From Kiritimatiellia bacterium (GTDB lineage: Bacteria > Verrucomicrobiota > Kiritimatiellia > RFP12 > UBA1067): a stretch of 64,000 nt of DNA. A program made the translations under genes and the position numbers. This document shows, in pieces, positions 27,366 to 37,955 of this stretch. The notes beneath the pieces are model-generated. The model ran no database searches and was not told where the DNA came from. It saw nothing but the letters and a program-made list of their open reading frames with translations. Every line of letters begins with the position of its first letter. The first letter of the stretch is position 1. The stretch is taken from the NCBI GenBank assembly GCA_051884875.1, contig JBJEWD010000056.1, positions 23,223 through 87,222 of the forward strand, read 5' to 3'.

Positions 27366-27464
27366 CCTTTCGAGTCCCTACAATTTGTTACCCTTGACGA
27401 TGGATGGTCCCGTGACTCCCGCCCCGCTACCGCCGCTCCATCATCCACTTCGGCTTTAGAATTG

Positions 27465-27565
27465 CGCACATTATAGCATAATTTGATTCCGGGGGGCGGC
27501 CTCCCGCGACGTGCTGTGGCGGACTGCGGCGGACGGGGCCGGTGGGAGATGTGCTATAATGTGCG
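27465..27565. promoter_or_regulatory. Divergent promoters sharing TGCTATAATGTGCG (14-bp inverted repeat)
   Basis: 27465-27478 (minus strand) and 27552-27565 (plus strand) are identical 14-mers containing an extended -10. Confidence 0.65.
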
Positions 27566-27644
27566 GCATAGGGTTCTTGCATGGCGATGGGACTGGCGGG
27601 CGTTTACACCCCGGCCGTATCGCCCCTGGGTCTGGAGGCCGTTT

Positions 27645-28451
27645 ATGAAAATCGCGTTGACGCAGATGGATATTGCGTGGGAAGATCCTGCGGCGAACGA
27701 ATCGACCGTCCGCCGGCTCGTTGCCGCGGCGGCGGCGGCCGGCACCGACATGGTCGTCTTTCCGGAGTTTACCTTTGTCGGTTTCACGAAACGGCCGGAG
27801 CTGTTCTGTGATACGCCCCGTCGGGCGCGGCAACTGGAATTCCTGTGCGAGCTGTCGCGCGAGCATGCCCCGGCGATCGTCGCCGGGCGCATCGTCGCAT
27901 CTCCGACGCGTCCGCGCAACAATCTCACGCTCGTGCGCGGCGGCGAGGTCGTGCTGTCGTATGACAAGCTCCATTCCTATTCCCATGGCGGCGAAGATGC
28001 CGTCTACTCGAGCGGCGACCGGATCGCCACCGCCGCGCTGGCGGGAATGGAACTGGGTGCGTTCATCTGCTACGATCTGCGATTCCCCGAGATCTTCCAG
28101 GTGGCCGCGCGCAAGGCCGAGGCGATCGTCGTGATCGGCAACTGGCCGCAGGATCGTCTTGAGAACTGGTTGACGCTGCTGCGCGCCCGTGCGCTGGAGA
28201 CCCAGACCTACATGGTGGGCGTCAACCGCACGGGCGCGGGCGGTGGCGTTGTCTACGGGCCGAGTTCGGTCGTCTTCGATCCTGCGGGCCGGCGCCTGAC
28301 GCCGGCGACGGCGGACGAGCTCTTCTGCTGCGAGGTCGAGAGCGGCGTGGTGGCTGCGGTGCGCGAGAGCTTCCCGCTCCGCCGCGACCGGCGCGAAGAT
28401 CTATATTCCACCCTGCTTTTCCGCGATCCAGCGCACGGGCGTATAGGTTAG
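27645..28451 (+). CDS. Carbon-nitrogen hydrolase (nitrilase/omega-amidase family)
   Basis: E-K-C triad (FPE, YDKLH, ICYDLRFPE); RBS GGAGG. Confidence 0.9.
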   Translation: MKIALTQMDIAWEDPAANESTVRRLVAAAAAAGTDMVVFPEFTFVGFTKRPELFCDTPRRARQLEFLCELSREHAPAIVAGRIVASPTRPRNNLTLVRGGEVVLSYDKLHSYSHGGEDAVYSSGDRIATAALAGMELGAFICYDLRFPEIFQVAARKAEAIVVIGNWPQDRLENWLTLLRARALETQTYMVGVNRTGAGGGVVYGPSSVVFDPAGRRLTPATADELFCCEVESGVVAAVRESFPLRRDRREDLYSTLLFRDPAHGRIG

Positions 28452-29174
28452 CGGGATGGTTCCGTCGCGCCGGAGCGTTTCGTAGCGCGCGAGGAAGCGC
28501 CGCGTCTGGCGATAGTCGCGCATCGTCGGGATGAGCACCCCCGTCCGCTTGAGATGGCGCAAGGCCTCCAGCGCACTCGGGAAATGCAAGATCGACGTCT
28601 CCGCCTCCAGCCGCCTGATGACGAAACCGCTTTCTTCCAGAAGCTGCCGCCAGGTCTCGACCGACGGACATGGCAGGGGCGTGCCGCCGCAGAGACCGAG
28701 CTCGTTCAGGTTTCCTTCGGAGAAGGTGGAGGCCGCGAAGAGTCCTCCCGAATGCAGCGAGGCGCAGATCGTCCTGAACAGGCGAAGCGGATTCCTGATC
28801 CATTGCAGGCAGGAGGCCGACACCACGAGTTCGGTCGCCGGCAGCGACTGCAATTCGTCGAGATCGGCGACGGCAAAAGAGTCGTAGGCGATGTCGCGGA
28901 GATAGTCCGGGCAGTTCGCGACGATGTCGAAAAGCGCGAGTTTTCCGATTGCAAAGCGCTTGATCAGGCCCCGGGTGAGCAGACCCGTTCCGCAGCCGAG
29001 TTCGGTTGCGGCGGAGAAGTGCGTCCGCCCCGACGTTTCCGCCAGCAGCTCCACCAGTGCTTCGGCCGCGCGCCTCTGCACCTGCGCGGCATCGGCGTAG
29101 GTTGGAAAGTTCCGCGCGAACTGCCGCGCGGTATTCTCCGAAGATGGGAAAGTCTGCCGACCTGGGTTGGACAT
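28401..29174 (-). CDS. bioC: Malonyl-ACP O-methyltransferase BioC-like
   Basis: ARQF..Y...A.VQR, ELGCGTG, CLQW, STF..GNL.EL, LRHLKRTG, LTY.P. Start uncertain. Confidence 0.8.
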   Translation of the reverse strand: MSNPGRQTFPSSENTARQFARNFPTYADAAQVQRRAAEALVELLAETSGRTHFSAATELGCGTGLLTRGLIKRFAIGKLALFDIVANCPDYLRDIAYDSFAVADLDELQSLPATELVVSASCLQWIRNPLRLFRTICASLHSGGLFAASTFSEGNLNELGLCGGTPLPCPSVETWRQLLEESGFVIRRLEAETSILHFPSALEALRHLKRTGVLIPTMRDYRQTRRFLARYETLRRDGTIPLTYTPVRWIAEKQGGI

Positions 29175-29324
29175 GGCCGGGAAGTCTACCACAAGCCATT
29201 CACTCCTGCAACCCGGAAATGCGCGAATGCAGGGCGATAGGCGTTTCGCCGTGCCATTTCAAGCGCATCCGTTTTAACGGATTTGCTATAATATGCGCCA
29301 AATACGCGAATAAGGAAATTGGAA

Positions 29325-29822
29325 ATGGCGCAGACATTAGTCGGTATCGTGATGGGCAGTGATTCGGATTGGCCGCTGGTGAAGAAGGCGTGCGAGACGC
29401 TGGAGAAGTTCGGCGTCGGCTACGAGACGCGCGTTATTTCTGCGCACCGCACGCCCGACGTGGCGATTGAGTACTCCAGGACGGCTGAGATGCGTGGACT
29501 CAAGGTCATCATTGCGGCGGCAGGCGGCGCGGCGCACCTCGGTGGCGTTCTGGCGGCGGCCACGGTTCTGCCGGTCATCGGCATTCCGGTTGCGGGCGGG
29601 GCCTTGAACGGGCTTGATGCGCTTTATGCGACGGTGCAGATGCCTTCGGGCGTGCCGGTGGCGACGGTGGCGGTCGGTTCGGCGGGGCCGACGAACGCGG
29701 CGCTTCTCGCGGTGCAGATTCTCGGCACGGCCGATGCGGATTTGCGCGCGAAGTTCCATGCCCATAAGGAGGATCTGCGTGCGAAGGTGTCTGCCGCGAA
29801 CGACAGGATCCACGCGGAATGA
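29325..29822 (+). CDS. purE: N5-CAIR mutase
   Basis: [34 protein letters not shown]. Confidence 0.97.
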   Translation: MAQTLVGIVMGSDSDWPLVKKACETLEKFGVGYETRVISAHRTPDVAIEYSRTAEMRGLKVIIAAAGGAAHLGGVLAAATVLPVIGIPVAGGALNGLDALYATVQMPSGVPVATVAVGSAGPTNAALLAVQILGTADADLRAKFHAHKEDLRAKVSAANDRIHAE

Positions 29823-30796
29823 AGAAGGCGCTGGTTACCGGAGGCGCGGGTTTCCTCGGCAGTCATCTGTGCCGGCGGCTGCTGGATGACGGCTATGAGG
29901 TGACGGCGCTCGACAATCTCTTCACGGGGACGAAAGCAAACATCTATCCGCTGATGACGAATCTCCGTTTTTCGTTCGTCCTTCATGACGTGACCGAGCC
30001 GTTTCGTGGGCAGTTCGACGAGATCTACAATCTGGCGTGTCCGGCAAGTCCTATCCATTATCAGAGGAATTCGATTGAGACTTTGCGCACGTCGGTGCTC
30101 GGCGTGATGCACATGCTGGATCTCGCCCACGATACGGGTGCAAAGATGCTGCACGCCTCGACGAGCGAAATCTACGGCGACCCGCTGGTGCATCCGCAGG
30201 TTGAGGCCTACTGGGGCAATGTGAATCCGATTGGCATTCGCAGCTGCTATGACGAGGGCAAGCGCGTCGCCGAGACGATGGCGGCCGACTACCGCCGGAT
30301 CTATGGAACGGACGTGCGTCTCGTGCGCATCTTCAACACCTACGGGCCGAACATGCACCCGCAGGACGGACGGGTGATCTCGAACTTCATCATGCAGGCG
30401 TTGCAGAATCGCGACATTACGATCTACGGGGATGGTTCGCAGACGCGCAGCTTCCAGTACTGCGACGATCTCGTTGAGGCGATGCGCCGCTACATGGAGA
30501 AGCCGAAAACCGAGATTGATGCGTTCGTGGCGCGGCACGGTCTCGGCGCGGCCGTCGTCAATACCGGCAATCCCGGCGAATACACGATCCGCGAACTTGC
30601 CGAAGAGACGCTGGCGCTCATCCCTGATTCGACGTCCAGAATCGTCTTCAGGCCGCTGCCGGGCGATGATCCGAAGAAACGCCGCCCCGACATCACCCTG
30701 GCGAAGGAACTCCTGGACTGGGAACCTCGCGTGTCTTTGCAGGAAGGGCTGGTGAAGACGATTGCCTATTTCAAGGCGCAGCACGGCGAGAAATAG
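29819..30796 (+). CDS. UDP-glucuronate decarboxylase (UXS-like SDR)
   Basis: [39 protein letters not shown]. Confidence 0.92.
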   Translation: MKKALVTGGAGFLGSHLCRRLLDDGYEVTALDNLFTGTKANIYPLMTNLRFSFVLHDVTEPFRGQFDEIYNLACPASPIHYQRNSIETLRTSVLGVMHMLDLAHDTGAKMLHASTSEIYGDPLVHPQVEAYWGNVNPIGIRSCYDEGKRVAETMAADYRRIYGTDVRLVRIFNTYGPNMHPQDGRVISNFIMQALQNRDITIYGDGSQTRSFQYCDDLVEAMRRYMEKPKTEIDAFVARHGLGAAVVNTGNPGEYTIRELAEETLALIPDSTSRIVFRPLPGDDPKKRRPDITLAKELLDWEPRVSLQEGLVKTIAYFKAQHGEK

Positions 30797-30896
30797 CCGT
30801 TGGCCCTAAGGTTTCGTTCATCCGCCTGATGTTGCGCGTTCCGGATCCGGCGCGTTTTGCATCCGGGCACCGGATTTTGATATACTATTCGAACAA

Positions 30897-31385
30897 ATGG
30901 TGGCAGAGAGAAAAGATCCACGTCCCTCGTGGGACGAGTACTTCATGGGGATTGCGGCGGTGGTGGCGACGCGCAGCAACTGTGTGCGTCGCCACGTTGC
31001 GGCGGTCATCGTGAAAGACCGTCACATCCTCTCGACCGGCTACAACGGCACGCCGCATGGCACGAAGAACTGCTTTGAAGGCGGATGCCCGCGTTGTTCG
31101 GGTAAAGTGAAGAGCGGCACGCATCTTGAGGAATGCCTGTGCGTGCATGCCGAACAGAACGCCATCTGCCAGGCCGCGTTCCACGGCTCGGCCGTGCAGG
31201 GTGCGACCATCTACATTACGATCTCACCATGTCTCACCTGTGCGAAGCTGATTGTGAATTCGGGCATCGCGGAGGTCGTCTACGGTGGCGACTATGCGTT
31301 TCTCGACACGGTCACGAAGATGTTTGAGGACGCGGGTGTGAAGGTTCGCCGGTACGCGCCGGCGGAGGTGGCCGCCAAAACATGA
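30897..31385 (+). CDS. dCMP deaminase (ComEB-like)
   Basis: RPSWDEYFM, TGYNG, HAEQNAI, PCLTC. Confidence 0.92.
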   Translation: MVAERKDPRPSWDEYFMGIAAVVATRSNCVRRHVAAVIVKDRHILSTGYNGTPHGTKNCFEGGCPRCSGKVKSGTHLEECLCVHAEQNAICQAAFHGSAVQGATIYITISPCLTCAKLIVNSGIAEVVYGGDYAFLDTVTKMFEDAGVKVRRYAPAEVAAKT

Positions 31386-31418
31386 TTTCAACCCACAAAT
31401 GATCCGAGGAAGATAAAA

Positions 31419-32186
31419 ATGCGCAAGAAAATCATCGCTGGTAACTGGAAGATGAACATCAAGCCGTCGGAGACCGCGGCGCTCATCAAGGCCGTCGCGG
31501 AAGCGACGAAGGATTACGCGGACGTCGAGATCGTGTGCTGCACGCCGGCGATCGACGTGTCGGCCGCCGTCGCGGCGGCGGCGGGTACTCAGGTTGGCGT
31601 CGGCACCGAGAACTGCCACTGGAAGGAAAGCGGTGCGTACACGGGCGAGATCTCCACGGGGATGATCGTCGATGCGGGCTGCAAGTACGTGATTACCGGC
31701 CACTCCGAGCGTCGTCAGTACTTCGGCGAGACCGATGAGACGGTGAATCTCCGCACGCGCGCGGCAATTGCCGCCGGTCTCACGGTCATGATGTGCATCG
31801 GCGAGACGCTGGAAGAACGTGACGCGGGCAAGCTTGAGGAAGTCATCGTCCGCCAGTTGAATGTCGGTCTCAAGGACGTCACCGCCGCCGACTGCGCGAA
31901 ACTCGTCATCGCCTACGAGCCCGTGTGGGCGATCGGAACCGGTCGTACCGCGACCCCGGATCAGGCACAGGAGGTCCACGCGCTCATCCGTGCGACGCTG
32001 GCGAAGCTCGTGGGTGCCGACACGGCCGAGACGATCCGCATCCAGTACGGCGGCTCCATGAAGCCCGGCAATGCGGCGGAGCTTCTCGCCAAGAAGGATA
32101 TCGATGGGGGTCTCATCGGTGGTGCGGCGCTCAAGGCCGTCGACTTCGCCGGTATCATCGCTGCGGCAGCCGCAGCGTCGAAGTAA
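31419..32186 (+). CDS. tpiA: Triosephosphate isomerase
   Basis: AGNWKMN, GHSERR, AYEPVWAIGTG, YGGS. Confidence 0.98.
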   Translation: MRKKIIAGNWKMNIKPSETAALIKAVAEATKDYADVEIVCCTPAIDVSAAVAAAAGTQVGVGTENCHWKESGAYTGEISTGMIVDAGCKYVITGHSERRQYFGETDETVNLRTRAAIAAGLTVMMCIGETLEERDAGKLEEVIVRQLNVGLKDVTAADCAKLVIAYEPVWAIGTGRTATPDQAQEVHALIRATLAKLVGADTAETIRIQYGGSMKPGNAAELLAKKDIDGGLIGGAALKAVDFAGIIAAAAAASK

Positions 32187-32239
32187 ACGCCGGAAAGGGC
32201 ACAGCGAAGGGAAGGGCAGGAGGAAAGACGAGGCTGGAA

Positions 32240-32962
32240 ATGAAGACGACGATTCCGCACTTTCTTACTTTTTCCCTTTCCCTTTCGCTGTTATTATGCG
32301 GTTGTTTTGAAGAGCCGGTTCCGGCGTACACCCAGGTGGCGCCGGAGATGCGGGTGTATCTGCAGGAGAAGGGGATCCGGGTCCTGACGCCGGAAGTCGT
32401 CTATGCCGAGGGTATGGTTTTCGTGGATGCGGCGCGGGCGGCTGACGATGCGTACAACGGGCGCGGAGCGCGCGCCCAAGGCGCATGGACGAATCTTTCC
32501 GCGCGTGTTGCGACGTTCGAGGCCGCTACGCTCGATTATCTAAATCTTGACCGCAATGCGCTGACGAACGTGGATGCGCTGGCGGGCTTCACGGGACTGA
32601 AGTGGCTGCGTCTCAACGAGAACAGCCTGACGTCCCTGCCGGATCTTGCGGGCCTTGTGCAGCTGCGGCGCATCTATCTGCGCGGCAATCGTCTGACGGA
32701 GGTTCCCGTGACGCTGAAGAATCTCCCGGCTCTTACCGACATTGATCTTTCGGAGAATCCGATTCGGGAAGTCCCCGTCTGGCTCGCCGAGAAGGAGGGG
32801 CTTGAGGCGGTTTCGCTTTCGCGCACGCGGATCGTGCGTCTGCCCGAAGATCTTTCGGCCTGGCGGTCGCTGAAGCAGCTTCAGCTCGGCGATCTGCATC
32901 TCTCCCGGGAGGAAATGAAACGTATCCGCGCGGCGTTGCCGAAGACGGCCGTCGTGTTCTAG
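32240..32962 (+). CDS. Leucine-rich-repeat lipoprotein
   Basis: Lipobox LCGC and LxxLxLxxNxL repeats. Confidence 0.85.
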   Translation: MKTTIPHFLTFSLSLSLLLCGCFEEPVPAYTQVAPEMRVYLQEKGIRVLTPEVVYAEGMVFVDAARAADDAYNGRGARAQGAWTNLSARVATFEAATLDYLNLDRNALTNVDALAGFTGLKWLRLNENSLTSLPDLAGLVQLRRIYLRGNRLTEVPVTLKNLPALTDIDLSENPIREVPVWLAEKEGLEAVSLSRTRIVRLPEDLSAWRSLKQLQLGDLHLSREEMKRIRAALPKTAVVF

Positions 32963-32969
32963 ACCTGCG

Positions 32970-34409
32970 ATGATAAAGTCGGAACACGTTGCGGAAATGG
33001 CCAGGGGCGGCCTCGGCCGTTTGCTGTTCAAATACTCCTGGCCGGCGCTGGTGGCGATGAGCCTCAACGCGCTCTATTCGGTCGTGGACCGCGTATTCAT
33101 CGGTCAGGGCTGCGGGGTGGACGCCATGGCGGGCTTGCAGCTCGCGATGCCGGTGATGATGTTCCTCGTGTCGTTCGGCCCGCTCATCGGCGTCGGTCAT
33201 GCGGCGGTTCTGTCGATCAAGCTTGGCGAAGGGGATCGGGCGACGTGTGAGAAACTCGTGGGCGAGACCGTGGCACTCAAGGTCTTCCTGTATGCCGTCC
33301 TGATTCCGCTGATCTACATTTTCCTGGAGGAGATACTCGCGCTGTGCGGCGCCGACAAGGTGACGCCGCAGGCCCATGCGGAGGCGCGCCGCTATCTCAT
33401 GATCGTCCTCACGTCGCATCTCTTCTCGCATCTCGCATTCGGCCTTTCCGCGCTCCAGCGAGCGGAAGGCGGGGCCATTCAGTCCATGAGATGCATGGTC
33501 GTCGGCTTCGGCATCAACCTCATTCTCGACCCCATCCTTATCTTCGGCTTCGACTTCTCGCTTTTCGGCATTCATTTCGCCCTGCCGGCCTTCGGGGTTG
33601 CGGGCGCGGCATGGGCGACGAACGTGGCGATGTTCGCGTCGTGTCTCTGGGCGTTCGGCTACTACTGGCGCGGCAAGACGCTCGTGCGGCTCCGCATCAG
33701 ACGCATCTGGATTTATCCGAAGCTGCTGAAGCGCGCGCTTTCGATTGGTCTCGCGCCGTTTCTCCAGCAACTGATGGGCTCCATCATCATCGCCTCGCTG
33801 CAGATTGCATTCACGCGATGGATGCCGGATGCGGCGTCGCGCACGGCGGAGATCGCCTCGCTCGGCGTCTTCAACGGCGCGCTTATCCTTATCCTTATGC
33901 CGATCCTCGGCTGTCAGCAGGGGTTGCAGCCGATTCTCGGATACAACTGGGGCGCACGCAACTTCCGCCGCGTCCTCGCGGCATTCAAGCTCGGCTTCTG
34001 GACAACGACCGTGCTGACGACTGTCGCCTTCGTGATTCAAGTCGTTCCGCCGTTCCCGACGTGGATCGCGGCCATGTTCGTCGAGTCGGACAATTCGGAG
34101 ATCATCGCGCTTGCCGCGCACGACCTGCAGGTCTCGAACTGCATGATCTGGTGCATTTCGATCAATATCACGGCGACGACCTACTTTCAGGCCATCGGGC
34201 GGCCCTGGATGGCCGTGTCGCTCTCGATGCTGCGACAGGGTATCGTGATGCTGCCGATCATCTGGCTCCTGCCGCACCTACTGGACGACAAGCCGTTCGC
34301 CATCTGGCTGTCGATGCCCGTCTCTGACGTCATCTGCAACCTCGTGACGATTCTCCCCATCGCGCTTCACCTGCGCTTTCTTGCGCGCGTCCGCGAACGA
34401 CGATACTAG
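32970..34409 (+). CDS. MATE family efflux transporter
   Basis: LYSVVDRVFIG, NLILDPILIFG, GVAGAAWAT; multiple TM segments. Confidence 0.92.
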   Translation: MIKSEHVAEMARGGLGRLLFKYSWPALVAMSLNALYSVVDRVFIGQGCGVDAMAGLQLAMPVMMFLVSFGPLIGVGHAAVLSIKLGEGDRATCEKLVGETVALKVFLYAVLIPLIYIFLEEILALCGADKVTPQAHAEARRYLMIVLTSHLFSHLAFGLSALQRAEGGAIQSMRCMVVGFGINLILDPILIFGFDFSLFGIHFALPAFGVAGAAWATNVAMFASCLWAFGYYWRGKTLVRLRIRRIWIYPKLLKRALSIGLAPFLQQLMGSIIIASLQIAFTRWMPDAASRTAEIASLGVFNGALILILMPILGCQQGLQPILGYNWGARNFRRVLAAFKLGFWTTTVLTTVAFVIQVVPPFPTWIAAMFVESDNSEIIALAAHDLQVSNCMIWCISINITATTYFQAIGRPWMAVSLSMLRQGIVMLPIIWLLPHLLDDKPFAIWLSMPVSDVICNLVTILPIALHLRFLARVRERRY

Positions 34410-34573
34410 AGATGCGCACGTGCGCATCCGGCATCCTCGCCTTTGCGGCTTCTGTCGCGTCGGCGCCCGCAAAGCAGGTGTTGTCGGCAACAGGGCGAGA
34501 AACGGGTGAGCGCGCATTGCAAAGGCGAATCCGGAAACGACGAGTGACGCTGAATTTGATATAATTTCCCAAG

Positions 34574-35947
34574 ATGAAGTTCTTGATCCATACGTACGGG
34601 TGCCAGATGAACGTCCGCGATTCGCAGGCGGTAGAGGCGCTTATGCTGGCGGCGGGACATGAACTGGCCGCGACGGAGGATGCGGCGGAGATCGTCATCA
34701 TCAACAGCTGCACCGTCCGTCAGAAGGCCGAGGAAAAGGCGGTCGGCAAGGCAGGCAACCTGATCGCCGCCGGAAAGCTGACGGGCCTGATGGGTTGCGC
34801 GGTGAAACGCATGGGCGCGGACGTCTTCCGGAGGCTGCCGAAGCTTGATTTTGCGGTGGGGCCGCGGCGGTTCGGCCTCATTCCCCACGTAATCGACCGA
34901 ATCGTACAGAATGGCGAGAAGCGCATCCTGGAGGTCGGCGATGACGAGGTGCCGACGGGGTTGGATGCTCATCCGGATATCCGGCGCGACGGTACGACCG
35001 GTGCGTTTCAGAGCTACGTGACGATTCTAATCGGCTGCGACAACCGCTGCAGCTACTGCATCGTGCCCGATGTGCGCGGCCATGAGTATTCGCGTCCCGC
35101 CCGCGAGGTCATCGCCGAGATCCGGGCGCTTGCCGAACGCGGCGTGAAGGAGGTCTGCCTCCTGGGGCAGAGCGTCTTGCGCTATGGTGTCCGCAACCCG
35201 GCGTGGGATGTGACCGATGCCCCGAGCCCCGGCGGCTACACCGAGGCGTTCCCGCGCCTGCTGGAAGCCGTTGCTTCGATTCCCGGCATCAAACGCATTC
35301 GCTTCACGAGTGCGCATCCGAAAGGCTGCACGGACGAACTCATCCGCATCTACCGGACGTTCCCGCAGGTCTGCCGCCATCTGCATCTGCCGGTGCAGTC
35401 CGGCTCCGACCGCATCCTTGCCGATATGGGACGCCGCTACACGCGCGCGGAGTATCTCGCCGCCGTGCGGAAGCTTCGCGCGTTCGATCCCGAGTTCGCG
35501 CTGACGACCGATGTCATCGTCGGCTATCCGGGCGAGACCGAGGCCGATTTTGAGGCGACCCGGTCGCTCATGGAGGAGGCGGGCTTCGACAACGCCTTCG
35601 TCTTCAAGTATTCGCCGCGTCCGGGTACGCGCAGCGCGGCCTTGCCGGACGATGTGCCGACGGCTGAGAAGGAACGGCGCGATCAGGTGCTGCTGGCGGA
35701 TCAGGAGGTGCGCGGCCAGCGCAACAACAATCGGCTCGTGGGTACGGTTCGCGAGGTGATGGTCGAAGGCCCCTCGAAGCGCAACCGGATGCGCTGGTCG
35801 GGGCGCGATTCGGGCAACCGCATCGTCGTCTGGGACATGGACGCGAAGGAGAATGATGAAAAGGCGGCCGCAGGGTGCCTTGTCAAAATCCGCGTAACCG
35901 AAGCGCATCCCCAGATTCTCCTTGGCGAACGCCTATTGCATCTCTGA
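34574..35947 (+). CDS. miaB: tRNA-2-methylthio-N6-dimethylallyladenosine synthase
   Basis: TYGCQMN, NSCTVR, GCDNRCSYCIVP, HLPVQSGSD, TRAM domain. Confidence 0.95.
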   Translation: MKFLIHTYGCQMNVRDSQAVEALMLAAGHELAATEDAAEIVIINSCTVRQKAEEKAVGKAGNLIAAGKLTGLMGCAVKRMGADVFRRLPKLDFAVGPRRFGLIPHVIDRIVQNGEKRILEVGDDEVPTGLDAHPDIRRDGTTGAFQSYVTILIGCDNRCSYCIVPDVRGHEYSRPAREVIAEIRALAERGVKEVCLLGQSVLRYGVRNPAWDVTDAPSPGGYTEAFPRLLEAVASIPGIKRIRFTSAHPKGCTDELIRIYRTFPQVCRHLHLPVQSGSDRILADMGRRYTRAEYLAAVRKLRAFDPEFALTTDVIVGYPGETEADFEATRSLMEEAGFDNAFVFKYSPRPGTRSAALPDDVPTAEKERRDQVLLADQEVRGQRNNNRLVGTVREVMVEGPSKRNRMRWSGRDSGNRIVVWDMDAKENDEKAAAGCLVKIRVTEAHPQILLGERLLHL

Positions 35948-35995
35948 TATTTCAGCACCTCAACGTTTCAACAACCCAACATCTCAACAACCAAC

Positions 35996-36736
35996 ATGAA
36001 GATCGCAATTATTGGCGCCGCCGGGCGCATGGGCAGAAAACTGATTGAACTCGCGCAAGAGGCCGGACTCGAAGTCGCCTATAAGGTCGATGTGGCCGAG
36101 GGGTATGAAAAGACCTGGGGTACGGGCTGCGCAGGGGTCGTTGATTTCTCCTGCCATACGGGTCTGCCGTCAGCCATTGCCAAGGCGGCGGAGGAGGGAA
36201 TTCCCTATGTGATCGGCACGACAGGCATCACGGACGAGGAGCAGAAGACCGTGGATGCGGCGGCGACCAGGATCCCCGTCGTCCAGAGCGGCAACTATTC
36301 GCTGGGGGTGAATCTTCTCCTCGAACTCGTCCGGAAAGCGGCGACGATCCTGGGGCCACAGTACGACGTCGAGGTGACCGAAATGCACCACCGGCACAAG
36401 AAGGACGCACCGTCGGGGACGGCGCTTATGCTGGCGAAGGCCGCAGCCGAAGGACGGGGCGTCAATCTGGCGGAGAAGGCCGTCTACGGCCGTAAAGGCG
36501 ATATCGGCGCGCGTCCCGTGGGCGAAATCGCCATTCATGCGCTGCGCGGCGGATCCGTCGTGGGCGACCACACGGTGATGTTCGCGGGGGAGCTCGAGCG
36601 CGTCGAAATCACGCATAAGGCGCAGGACCGCGCCGCTTTTGCCGCCGGTGCGCTGGAGGCGCTTAAGTGGGCCGTCGGCAAGCACCCTGGTATTTATACC
36701 ATGCGCGACGTCCTGGGCTTTGTTGCGAAATCCTAA
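35996..36736 (+). CDS. dapB: 4-hydroxy-tetrahydrodipicolinate reductase
   Basis: GAAGRMG, GTTG, EMHHRHKKDAPSGTA. Confidence 0.97.
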   Translation: MKIAIIGAAGRMGRKLIELAQEAGLEVAYKVDVAEGYEKTWGTGCAGVVDFSCHTGLPSAIAKAAEEGIPYVIGTTGITDEEQKTVDAAATRIPVVQSGNYSLGVNLLLELVRKAATILGPQYDVEVTEMHHRHKKDAPSGTALMLAKAAAEGRGVNLAEKAVYGRKGDIGARPVGEIAIHALRGGSVVGDHTVMFAGELERVEITHKAQDRAAFAAGALEALKWAVGKHPGIYTMRDVLGFVAKS

Positions 36737-36752
36737 AAAGGGGCAAACCGAT

Positions 36753-37955
36753 ATGCAGACTGTAACCGATCCATTTCATGCCGCCGCCGGCAAATCCAGT
36801 TTCATTCGCAGGATGTTCGAGAAGGGCCTTGAGCTCCGGCAGCAGTATGGCGATGACGCCGTGTGCGATTTCTCACTCGGCAACCCCGACGTTCCGCCGC
36901 CCGAAGCGGCCCGCGCCGTACTGCATCGAATCGCGGATGACGCGATCCGGCCGCTCGGTCTCGGCTACTGCCCGAATGCCGGCATTCCCGACTGCCGCGC
37001 GGCCATCGCCGATTACCTTTCCAGACAGCAGCAGCTTCCGCTGACCGGCAAGGACGTCATCCTGACCGTCGGTGCGGCATCGGCGCTCGTCGGCTTCTTC
37101 CGGGCGACGCTGGATGCGGGCGACGAGGTCATCGTTCCGAGTCCGTACTTCGTCGAATACGGCAACTACTGCGGACACTTCGGCGGCGTGCTGAAGCCCG
37201 TGCCCACGCGCGAGGACTTCACGCTCGATATTCCGGCGATTGCCGCCGCCATCACGCCCAAGACGCGCGCCATCCTCGTCAACTCCCCGAACAACCCGAC
37301 GGGCACGATCTACACCCGCACCGAACTCGAGGCCTTGGCCGCGTGCGTCGAGAAGGCCAACGCCGCGCGCGGCGAGGGCGAGCGGCCGCTCTTCATCCTC
37401 TCCGACGAGCCCTACCGCGCCTTCGCCTACGATGGGGTCGAGGTGCCGGCGGTTTTGCCGCTTTCGAAGTATGTGCTGGTAGTCGGCAGCTTCTCGAAAA
37501 CGCTGTCGATGGCCGGCGAACGTCTCGGCTACATCGCTGTCCATCCCGAACTCTCAAAGGCCGATTGCGGTGCCTTGCTGGCAACGCTCACGCTCGTCAA
37601 CCGTACGCTCGGCTACGTCAATGCGCCGGTCATCGGACAGAGACTTGCGGCGGCAATCTGCAACGAGACGATCGATCTCGCCATCTACAAGCGCCGCCAT
37701 GATCTGATGGCCCGCGTGCTGACGGCGGCCGGCATCGAATTCACGATGCCGCGCGGCGCGTTCTACTTCTTCCCGAAGGCGCCGGGCGGGGATGACGCGA
37801 AGTTCGTCGATGCGCTGCTCGCGGAAAAGATTCTCGCCGTGCCAGGCGCCGGTTTCGGGCGGGCGGGTTACTTCCGGCTCAGCTGTGCCGTCGACGAGAA
37901 AATCATCGCCCGCAGTGCCGGAGGGTTCGCACGCGCGGCGGAGGCTTGCCGATGA
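36753..37955 (+). CDS. PLP-dependent aminotransferase class I/II (aspartate aminotransferase-like)
   Basis: FSLGNP, NSPNNPTG, SDEPY, SFSKTLSMAGERLGY. Confidence 0.92.
   Translation: MQTVTDPFHAAAGKSSFIRRMFEKGLELRQQYGDDAVCDFSLGNPDVPPPEAARAVLHRIADDAIRPLGLGYCPNAGIPDCRAAIADYLSRQQQLPLTGKDVILTVGAASALVGFFRATLDAGDEVIVPSPYFVEYGNYCGHFGGVLKPVPTREDFTLDIPAIAAAITPKTRAILVNSPNNPTGTIYTRTELEALAACVEKANAARGEGERPLFILSDEPYRAFAYDGVEVPAVLPLSKYVLVVGSFSKTLSMAGERLGYIAVHPELSKADCGALLATLTLVNRTLGYVNAPVIGQRLAAAICNETIDLAIYKRRHDLMARVLTAAGIEFTMPRGAFYFFPKAPGGDDAKFVDALLAEKILAVPGAGFGRAGYFRLSCAVDEKIIARSAGGFARAAEACR

Noticed and set aside
35951-35995. CAA-rich low-complexity stretch before dapB
   Set aside because: Probably just an unstructured translation-initiation region with no defined repeat unit.
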